Shown here piece after piece: positions 53,676-64,000 of a DNA stretch of 64,000 bases; the first letter of the stretch is position 1, and every line of letters starts with the position of its first letter. This DNA is from Octopus vulgaris (Eukaryota). The position numbers and the translations under genes were made by a program. The notes beneath the pieces are model-generated. The model saw only the letters and a list, made by a program, of their open reading frames with translations, was not told the origin of the DNA and did not search any database. The stretch covers positions 51,026,001 through 51,090,000 of the forward strand of contig OX597825.1 in the NCBI GenBank assembly GCA_951406725.2, in the 5' to 3' direction.

Positions 53676-54794
53676 CATACATGCATATATGTTTGTATAT
53701 TTATGTGTGTCTTCATGTCGGTGTTTGTCCCCTACCATCTCTTGACGACCGATAGTAGTGTGATTATGTCCCCGTAACTTAGCTATTCGACGAAAGAGAC
53801 TAATAGAATAAGTACTAGGCTTACAATGAATAAGTCCTGGGGTGGATTCGCTCGACTAAAACCCTTTAAGGCGGTGCACCAGGATGGTCGCAGTTAAATA
53901 ACTGAAACGTGTAAAGGAATAATATCTATATGCATATATACATACATGTATACATACTTACATATATAAAAATGAGAACCGAAAATCAGCAAGTTAGTGG
54001 GAGTGAAATAGCTTTTAGGGAAGTATATTATCTGATAAATTAAGAATTTGTCTATCATTTAGACAGCCATTAAATAAATCCTATGGGTCATAAATACGTG
54101 TAGTTCTATGGTAAAAAAAAGGTGAAAAGTTTGAAAATTGTGGATGTCTGTGGTTCAGACTTTTTCATGAGATTTCAATAGACTGTTAACTACGGAGATC
54201 GCATGGAGTTCAACCACTTTGTTAGAGTCTTCTGTCTTAATAATATCCTAATAATGGACCGAGTAATATCGTAAGAAGTGTTCTTAAGATAGTGTGTATG
54301 ATTAACTAACGAAATGGAAGTTTTGCGCTTACGGGAGGAAAATATGCTAATGTGGGATAGAAATCGTCACTTAATGTTTACGGAAGATTCTTTATAAACG
54401 TTAGCTGAATATTATGTATGGTTCATTTATACAGTACATTATATCTCAAGCGATAACAGTTCAAGGGGCATTTATAGGATATTCTACGTTGGGCTTCTTT
54501 TCAGGTAGTAAAAGTAATTATGGTTAGTCCTGTTATTCTTATTCATATTGATTGTTAAACTAGTATTTATATTGCGCAAACAAATATTAATTCTGCCCAC
54601 CCAATATGCTACTACTCACGTTCTAACTATTAAAACTTACCTTATCATTAACATAATAATTATTATCATTGCATTCTAAAAGAATGGGAGCATTCTTGCT
54701 ATTATTGATAAAGTTAATACAATGGCTACTCCTATTATAATCTCTTGTAACATTTTCGCTAATATTCTTCCCATTATTCTCAGTATCTCCTTCT

Positions 54795-54975
54795 GGTAGT
54801 GGTATAGTCAAAACTCCTGAAGAAGTTACTGAGAATGTTGATTTTAAAATCCTGTGGGATGTCACGATTCAGGGTGACACTGAAATTAAACATCGGAAAC
54901 CTGACATTATATTGAGAAGTACAAAAGTAATAACATTGCATGATCATCGACGTAGCAAGTCCTGGTGATAACAGC
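54795..54975 (+). pseudogene. Restriction-like endonuclease fragment of an R4/Dong-type element
   Basis: TPEEVTENVDFKILWDVTIQGDTEIKHRKPDIIL...CMIIDVASPGDN (PD..D motif). Confidence 0.75.
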
Positions 54976-54980
54976 TTTAG

Positions 54981-55046
<66 letters not shown>

Positions 55047-55049
55047 CAT

Positions 55050-56197
55050 CCAGCAGTCTTATTTTTATTGGGTGCTTTCACTGCACTACTGAGCGCAGCT
55101 CTATGTGTCTTGGGTATATGCTGTAATTTGTTAAGGTGCTCTTATTTTCATTGTATTAAAAGTGTTTGACATAGGCTGTGTGATAGCCTGGTAGTGCTAT
55201 TTTCTGTATGTTATATTACTTGTTAGTCCTGATGTTTTTGTTAAGTATTTGTCTGATTTTTCTTTATCATACCTAATGCGCCTACTATGATAGGGATTGA
55301 TTCTTTTTTTAGGTTCCACATTCGAGTTACCTCTATTTCCCGATCGTTCTATTTTGAAAGTTTCTCCGTTTCCTTTAGAGAAACATTATCATCTGTTGGT
55401 ATTGATACATCGATTAGAAAGCGTATTTTTTCTAGATGATCTCTGACAACTATATCCGGCATATCTGCCTTAATTTCCCTGTGTGTATTGGCATATCCCA
55501 GAGTATGGTTGCTTTCTCATTTACTGTGACCTTTTCTGGTGTGTGCCCATACCATCTTTTTTCTTTTGTTGTTCCATAGTGTTGGCATAGCTTCCAGTGT
55601 ATATAGGTCCCAAATCTGTCGTGCCTGTGAATATATTCCTTCTTAGCCAGGACTGGGCAGCCAGATACATTTTGATTTATTGTTTCTTCTCCATCACGTA
55701 TTCTGCAATTACTTGTTGCATTTAATTTCATTATGTGTTTTTGGTGATTTCTGGTGGAAAGTCTTTGATCTTGTGCTGCATTTAAAACTCCTTCAGACTC
55801 TGCTTTGCGTCCTGAGCTTCTCAGCCATTGTTGGGATTTTACTTTGTCTATTTCTTTACTGTTTAGCTTAATCCAATATTCGCCATGAAGGGTCTTTTCT
55901 TGCCATCGTTTTATGATGATCTGTTGCTGTTATAGTTTTAGTTTGGATTTCAGTTGTTTTTCAGCTTTTTTTGTTTCTTCATTTTCTTCTTAGCTGTTAG
56001 GTACTGTGGCTTCTTTTTTGTATTTATCAGTTTCCTTAAAACAGGTTTTTGTTTTGTTCGCGTTTTATGGCTATGTGTATTAGTTTTCCTTGCTTCTGAA
56101 GTACGTATTTCTGTAGTCCTACGGTAGTTATTTCGTAATAGTTTTCTAGCTGTATAATACATATACCACCTTCGATATGTTGTATATATATATAGCC

Positions 56198-56200
<3 letters not shown>
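55050..56200 (-). mobile_element. R4/Dong-type retroelement 3' remnant within (AAT)n
   Basis: CRI.DGEETI..VSGCPVLAKKEYIHRHD..YIHW.LC..WYGHTPEKV..ILWDMPIHT..PDI and PIIVGALGM, with frameshifts. (ATT)n arrays at 54982-55048 and 56200-56260. Confidence 0.85.
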
Positions 56201-56259
<59 letters not shown>

Positions 56260-56294
56260 CATCATCATCATCATCATCGTCATTATAATCATCA

Positions 56295-56440
56295 GGACGG
56301 TGGATCGGCAGAATCCTTAGTACGCTGGGCAAAATGCTTAGCATTTCGTCTGTTTTCATTTTCTGGTTCACATCGATCGACATATAATCGACTTAATCCC
56401 TCTCCCGCACTTGCTGGCCTTGTGCAAAAATTTGAAACCA
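56295..56440 (+). mobile_element. SINE family B, internally deleted
   Basis: GGCAGAATCCTTAGTACGCTGGGCAAAATGCTTAGC...ATAATCGACTTAATCCC...GGCCTTGTGC. Confidence 0.65.
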
Positions 56441-57042
56441 TTATGTTTTTCATATAACGCCAATATATATGTCGTAGAAATGCTGAAACCACTGCTCTTT
56501 TGAGGTCATTTGTTGAACATGTTATTTGTTCGATGATAATTTATTGTTTCCTGGTTGCGGTTACAATATGAACCGTGTTGCCAATCTTTAATTTGCATAT
56601 AGCAAATTTACTTTCTTGAGGTCTGATTTCATCGCAAATTTCGCCCAAATTATATACACGTTTATATTATATTCATTCAAACTTTATCCCTGGCGTGCCA
56701 GTTAATTCTGAATGAACCTGAGTGTATGCATCTTAAATACAAGAGATGAAAGCTTCTTGTATATATCTGCATGTATAGAAAATTACACTCTAAGCCTTCA
56801 AGAACATCCCTATGCAAAGAGACTTCGAAATGTAAAGTGATTGAATTTACAACCCATAGCCAGCAAAATAACATAGCATTCGATGTATGGAATCAAACCG
56901 AAGTAACAATACCTGCAAACAAATTCAGTACAGAAAAAAATGCCCTGATAGGTGACACGAGAAACAATTGACACCATGTAATTCATAGGGAAAATCTTAG
57001 CATCAAAATATGCAAAACTTATGCTAAATACGATTATTAGTT

Positions 57043-57265
57043 CTTAATATTTTTACCATATTGCTGTTGAAGTAGACAGCTTTTGTGGCAATTAATACTG
57101 AAATTAATGACGAATTTAGTAAAATATCCTTGTCACTATTAAACTCCTGTTGGAACATAAATTAGCATACGGTTTCCATGAAAGGCTTTAATTTAGATAA
57201 TTTTAAAACCGTTTATTTCATAGAACCGGCTACTGTCTCAGCGGGGTTGGTCTGAAATGGGTTAA
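57043..57265. mobile_element. Possible piggyBac-type MITE remnant
   Basis: Right end AAATGGGTTAA (GGG+TTAA). The left end TTAATATTTTTACC is only weakly matching. Confidence 0.3.
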
Positions 57266-57724
57266 TATCATTAGTAATAAATTTTTCGCTAATCATTATT
57301 ATGGTGAATGTTTTTTTGTAATTATTATTTCTGTTAATCATAATTTTCCAATTTTATTTTTGCTAATGCTAGCTAATTTTACAAATTCTGTCTAAAAGTC
57401 ATAAGAAATGTTTTGAAATTCCGCTGGGTGTTAGCAACCTTTCTGACAAAATAACTTTGTCTGCCTAAGCCAATGAAAATATGAAGGTCCGAAACTTTCT
57501 TGAACGACATGAAACTTCATTTCACAAAATCAAGCAGTCGTTTTAACGAAACTGTAAGGTTGATAAATAAATAGTCGTCAAATACGTATCGGTATGAACA
57601 TTACTGAAGCAGCAAAACTGAGATACAATAACCACCACATCAATGTCAAACACAGATATCCCATTCGAAATGTTGTACGCACTCACGCACGCACATACGC
57701 ACACACACATATACACACACACGC

Positions 57725-57778
<54 letters not shown>

Positions 57779-57786
57779 TGCAAATA

Positions 57787-57953
57787 TCACTAGTGACAAG
57801 GGTATATAGTGGTACCAGTGTTGCAAGAAGCAAGTTCCAAAACGACCCATTAGCCTCATAAAGTATTAACATAGTAAGATGTGGCTAATGAGTCGTTTTG
57901 ACTATTTTTCTAGCAACGCTGGTACCACTTTGTACCCGTGTCACCTTAGTAAT
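57787..57953. repeat. Palindromic MITE-like element
   Basis: GTGACAAGGGTATATAGTGGTACCAGTGTTGC...CAAAACGACCCATTAGCC is complementary to GGCTAATGAGTCGTTTTG...GCAACGCTGGTACCACTTTGTACCCGTGTCAC. About 70-nt imperfect arms. Confidence 0.75.
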
Positions 57954-57994
57954 GTTTATTAGGTTGCCTTTAGGTTTAAATTGCTAATATCCCA

Positions 57995-58069
<75 letters not shown>

Positions 58070-59524
58070 TTATATTTATAGAAAGTAAAGAAGCAAAATA
58101 TGAAATCAAAGAAAAACACAAATTACAAAGATGTAGTTACTTTATAAGCACGTGCTGAGCTTGGTACCAGCTGTATGGAACATTTTAACCATTATCTTTT
58201 AGAAGATGTCACTTAAATCTGGCAGATTGTTACGTCCCATTTCCAGAGGGTATAGATACAATAAATCTATGAATTGGTGTAATTACTTTCAATTATGTCT
58301 ACGTGATTGACTTTGTTACTAAAATAGTATTGCTTATTCATGAAATACTGATAAGGTTGATACGTAAAAATAATGTTTGAAAATTTTATATTAACGATCA
58401 ATTTTTTTATGATTGAATATTGATTATTTTCTATGATGATAGATCGATATCATAATCGTTGCATATTCATAAATATATCCTATTGAAATCTGACTCTGAT
58501 ACATTATAGTGGGATGGTACTCCGGCAATATTGAACATAATTCTCTGGCGAATTACTGAAAATTATAACACACGGATGACATACAGATATGTACACACGC
58601 GAACTCACACACATATTCACACACAATGAAGATAAACATATCTCAGTATGTAAATATATATGCACATACATATATGTATGTATATAAATCTGCATACAGC
58701 ATGTATAAACATATGCATATATACAAATATGTATATGTCACTGTGTGTGCGAGTGTGTATGTGTGTGTGCATCTGTTTCTATATTTATTTGTATAACCGC
58801 ATGATGTTTTCTTAGCCACCCGATTCTCTGTTACATAAGTAATATCTAATTGTTCTGTCAGCATATAAACATACATGCTTTCACATCCACATATATTATA
58901 AATGTATGCAAATCTGCATAGTATAGATCATGTGCATATAAAAAAGCATGTGTACGTACACACACACACACACAAGCACACACATACTCACACATATGTA
59001 TATATGCATATATATCTATGTATGTATATGATGTATGAATGTATGTATGCTTATACGTACATACATATAAAGAAATTCTTCACTCTGATTCCCCTGTCCT
59101 CCAGCCCTTACCTTTCTTTTACTCAAACACTGACCGTATATGACCATCAGGAGAAATTTCAGTCTAGAAGATTCAAGCTAAATGGCATATTGATTTCCCC
59201 ACAAAAGTGTCGACTTCCTTGAAAGAATTTTTTATTTCTTTCTTGCTTCGTTGCATATATCACTGAATATTTTAAGTAGAATATCAACAAGATTCAATTG
59301 CTGTGTTTATAATTTAGGACAACAATTTAATGACATTTGAAAATTGCGGATAACAACACAGTTCAAATGGAATAATTCATCAATAAGAGGTTTTATTCTT
59401 TTTGATTTACATCAGAGACTCAGATTTAAACTTCATAAAAATACTTCAGTACAACATTCGAAATATTACTTACACAGCATTCGAATGCCCACATTTTAAA
59501 AAACTATTTCAGGATGATAATTTT

Positions 59525-59670
59525 TGGCTGTCTGGTTAAGAAGCTCACTTTGCAACCAACCACACAGTTGAGGTTCTGTTCCACTGCACATCACCTTGGG
59601 CAAGAGTCGTCGGCTACAACCCTGACCGAGGGAATTTTGTTGGCGGAAACATCGTGGACGCCCGTCGCAT
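59525..59670 (+). mobile_element. SINE family A-like 5' half, diverged
   Basis: TGGCTGTCTGGTTAAGAAGCT...GGTTCTGTTCCACTGC..CACCTTGGGCAAG...GGCGGAAAC..GCCCGTCG. Confidence 0.6.
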
Positions 59671-62011
59671 ATATGTGTGTGTGATTGTGTAGACATATAA
59701 TTTGGTAATAAGGATCCGATAGAATCAAGGTTCATCAACACGTAGGACGTCAACATGGCGAGGTAAGATAACACGGAATTCACCGACAGGTGAACAACAT
59801 TGAATACATCAATTGTTGTCAGGAAACTGTAGATATGCAGGTACTAAATACAATTTAAACCGTAGATCTGGGATTGGTCCTTGGTGTGTCGTAGGTATAG
59901 AGGTAAACACAAATGGCATTTAAAATTACGACAGCTATTTTGGTAGAACTTTAAAACATTCTTTGAAGATTACATTATAGCATATAAATCACCAACATCA
60001 GGTAAAATGGTAAAAAAGTTAAATTAGATGAAACTTTTTACATCGACCTGGACAGATCCATCATTACACAAGTAATTTATCAAATACAAGATTTTAGTTT
60101 GAGCTACAATAAATTTCATGCACGGATAATGTACTCCAAGGAGATTGTATAGCGGGCTCTGTAATATCCTGCAATCATTCAAGGTAAAGAAAATTCCCGT
60201 TCCATCAGTTAACAATCGGTGTTGGTTTGATTACGTCCCTGTGTTATAAATATATGCGAATCAATGATTTGAGGAAAATACCTAAGCAGAAATGAATTAA
60301 AAGAAATAAAACAAATATTATTCTTCAGAGGTGTGGTTCTATAGAACATATGACCTTAGGTCGAATAGTAAACACGTTTGTTAAGTGATAAAAGGAAAAC
60401 TTTATAACTAAAGTAGAAATAAATGTAACCAACAAAAAAAAAAAAAAGAAAAAGAAAGATTCGGAAAATTCACAATTTAAAAAGAGTTGTATGTGTAGAA
60501 ATTTTGTAAGGAATAAGTTTTCCTCTATCACTATCTTTTTACCCTTAACTTAAAGATGAAAAATAGTGTGAGAAGGAAACTTATTCTCATTCGAGTCTCT
60601 CAACACAAATTTTCTTGCACGTTCGACTCTTTCTAAACTGGATTTTCCTTTCTATTTCGGTGACATTCATTTTGTATTCCCTATTTAATTTATAAAGTTC
60701 TCTCTTTATCACCTCAAAAATTTGTTTACTTTTTGAACTAAGGCTATATGTTATATAGGACCTCTCCTCTGAAAAATAATTTTTGTTTATTAATTAATTT
60801 CTGCTCATGTATTTTCCTTAAACCATCGAATAGCATATTATATTTTTACATTTCAACCACCATAAAAGTTTACCGCGATATATTTACTTTCATAATAATT
60901 TACAGGCGTTAAAGACAGCGTGTTTAAAATATTTCTTAAATAATATTACAAGGCATTGTGTGTAAGTTATTACTCGAACAAGATTTTGATAAAACATCTT
61001 TAAAATAAAACATCCTTCAGCCAAATATTCAAATATACTTGGAAGTGAATTTTAAAAATACCTCTTTATGCGCTAGTTTCTCTTGACTATTCATCTAAAA
61101 GTCCGTGGAAGACCTTCCCAAGCATTGCGAACTAAAGGCACGGTAAAAAAAAAAAAGAGAACAAAAAACAGACTTCATACCAGAGACATAAGTTTAAAAA
61201 CATTAACAATAAAAAAGCTCTTGCAGGTATAAAAATCTTTCCACGATACAAAGTTTGTACCTGTAATTTTAAATTACAACTGGAACTGCAAATGCTCTAC
61301 ACAGAGCACGTCTTTCACAATTTGCATTCAATAAAACAACAATACACGCTGCCGATTTCCCAAACTATACACAGAAATTGCATTCTGCCCAACTGGCCCT
61401 GGATGAAATGGTACAACTGGCACGAAGTATATACAACATGCAGTCAAATGTCAATAAAATTATGCAAAACATATTACTGTTGAATAATCGATACTCGATT
61501 GTCTAATCACAACTAAGTCAACCTTTGATATTTGCCATGCATTACTGCTTACAAAACTTACGCAGTGCATACATAACAACACCGCCCGACAATAAAACTT
61601 AATAACAGTCCTGCATCTAATGAGAAATACAAACAGCGCACAACAAATCACACAACTCACATTATGCATTGTTTCCCTGTTAAAAACACTAAAATAGAAA
61701 TTGTAAAAGGAATTCAACAGCAAAGCAGAAGTGAATCAGCATACGAACAGAGTTCTAATTTTCAAAAGACAAAGAAACATACATCATAGTGATGGATTTG
61801 TTGAAGCGGTAGAAACTTGCATGGAACAACAATAATTCGAATACTATTGATCAAGTCGTTTCTGATTTAGGTATCAAACTGACAATTTCGGAAGTGTGGG
61901 CCACTCTATAACTTCGACTTCAATCGAAAGAAATAACATAAGGCATTTTGTCCGACGCTTTATCTATTCTGTCAGCTCTTTGGTTTTTAAACAAATAATT
62001 TTGTACGAAGC

Positions 62012-62225
62012 GAAGGCGGCGAGCTGGCAGAATCGCCAGCTTGTCGGGCAAAATGCTTAGCAGCATTTTGTCCATTTTATGCTATAATTTCAAACTCCGC
62101 CACGGTCGACTTTTTTATCCTCTCGGGGTCGATAAAATGAGTACAACTTGAGCACTGGGCCAATGTGATCGACTTGATCCACCTGAAACTGCTAGCCCTT
62201 TGCTAAAAATTGAAATCAATATCAT
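62012..62225 (+). mobile_element. SINE family B
   Basis: AAGGCGGCGAGCTGGCAGAATCG...TTCAAACTCCGCCACGGTCGAC...GGGGTCGATAAAATGAGTAC. Further decayed minus-strand copies lie at ~61860-61980 and ~62450-62590. Confidence 0.8.
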
Positions 62226-62913
62226 TATTGCTGATGTTCTTTTATCGATCTTTTTCATATGAGAAGTTAAGTCGAAGAGAGTTCTAGGCAATTAGCAAAT
62301 TATATCATAGCCCTCAGCTACATAACCACCATCGCTTTATATTATCTTACTACAAGAGAGTCATACAAAACTACTAGTAAGGCATCCTCTATTCCTTCCG
62401 TGGCTTAATGCTGCTCAAAACAACATGATAATTGCTTCTTATTCAGTCAGAAGGGCAATAGTTTTGAAGGGAAGTGATATGTCGATATCATATTTAAAAG
62501 GCAGTTATAATACCGACCTTTTAATGATGAAATGCAAAGTTGCCCTAGATGGGATTTGAACTCAGAATATTAAGAACCAGAACAAATTCCATTTTGCTTA
62601 CTCAAAATAATATCGATTAATGATATGATTTTATTTGTCACAAAGATTCCTTTATTCATGCAATAATATGTTATGAAATATCTACAGGAGGAAGTTTAGT
62701 GATATACAAGCGTAGTTGAACTCACTGGGATTGAAAATTGTAGTTGATTACTTTGACTTAAGTTACATCAACTTCATAATAGTTTGTCGCATTTTGGAAA
62801 AGAGAGAAGGAGATATAGAGAGATATAAACAGTTAGAAGGAGATATTAGACGACAGTGATAGAGTAAGACAGCGTGAGAGAGACGGAGAAAGGAAGAGAA
62901 AGAGAGTGTGAAC

Positions 62914-62981
<68 letters not shown>

Positions 62982-64000
62982 GAGAGAGGGAGAGATGCAA
63001 GCGGTCATACCGACATCAGGCAATGAAGACATTTTAGTACGCTGAGGTTCGTATCGTTACATATGGTGTTGGATGTGTTGGTAAAACATATAGAACTGCG
63101 TACCGAACACAGACAGCAAGCTCGGGGATCTGAGATCTTACCTCAACGACTGGTTTAGAATATGATAATTCTACTACTAGATTATAGCTAAAAACACTAT
63201 CATCTTCAGCCAGATAAAAATGATTTACACCAAGACACAGAAATATATTAGATGAAGTCGTAGATATATTTTCATTTTGTTTGTGTTTGCCTTTGAGCTT
63301 TCTTTTACAATAAGGATTCTTCGTTCACTTAACATTTTCTTTGATAACTTGGCATCTGAATAACTTGTTTTCGTACACGATTTTTATGCTTGAGTGAATA
63401 AAACCATGAAATTAAATTACTGTAACATCATATATCAAATTCTAGTTAATGAAAGATAAGTAGCCGAAGGAGAAATACCTTGTTCTTTACAATAATGAGT
63501 TGAAGTAAAAGTGCTTGTAATTTCGGAGGCTGGATGTGCATTCGGTAATGCAAACGGAGTTCTAGTGTTTCTTATATATGGAATATTAATTTGTTGATTT
63601 TAAAGCCAATGGTTTATGAAAAATGTTTTAGCACAAAACTTTGTGTGTTATAGATTGAGTGCAGTTAACTTGAAATTCTGAGTTAGAATCAAGTTCATTG
63701 CCTGTAGCCTTATTCTAATGTTTTCAGGCATTGAGAATCGGTAGACTTACGTAAATAATGGGTGGTGGTATTAGTTATGGCTTTTTGCGTTCTGAAATCA
63801 AATCCCAGTAGGTGAAACAATAAATAGAAACCGAATTAAATGGAATAAATTAACAATGCACAATATCCTCACAGTTTTGTATTGTAACACTTTGTAAACC
63901 ATAGTGTCGGTTTAAAAAACAGGTGAGATGACAAAATCGTTAGAGTGTCGAACAAAACGCCTAGCAGCATTCTTTCCGGCTCTTTTTGCTCTGACTTCAA

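Larger units (their letters stand above)
53105..53920 (+). mobile_element. SINE family A split by nested insertions in its internal microsatellite
   Basis: 5' half 53105-53265 and 3' half ~53690-53920 match 32453-32860. Confidence 0.85.

Noticed and set aside
61256-61740. Non-repetitive stretch with a possible minus-strand donor (CAG/GTACAA)
   Set aside because: No coherent reading frame. It could be a UTR exon but cannot be supported without transcripts.

Overview
AT-rich, microsatellite-dense animal intergenic or intronic DNA. The SINE families and the (TA)/(CA)/(CATA)/(AAT) landscape look like an octopus-type cephalopod genome; this is recognition from memory and was not verified by a search. 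I can support no host protein-coding exon, rRNA, true tRNA or CRISPR array. The window is a mosaic of mobile DNA: two long, uninterrupted CR1/L2-type LINE reverse-transcriptase frames (1-2283 +, 30521-32402 -), Penelope-like (GIY-YIG) remnants, R4/Dong-type restriction-like-endonuclease retroelement remnants embedded in simple repeats, mariner remnants, a complete non-autonomous Helitron, MITE-like palindromes and many copies of three tRNA-derived SINE families. The most interesting signal is non-coding: a family of fold-back elements inserted in (TA)n tracts (6067-6541, 13856-14875) carrying type I hammerhead ribozymes with complete cores. Their stems covary between copies while two internal loops stay fixed. 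One copy shows a 533-nt ORF-less tandem unit and a ~205-nt flanking duplication, making it a candidate retrozyme-like or Penelope-mobilised ribozyme element. A second clear signal is a SINE/LINE pair sharing a 3' tail with a covarying hairpin.
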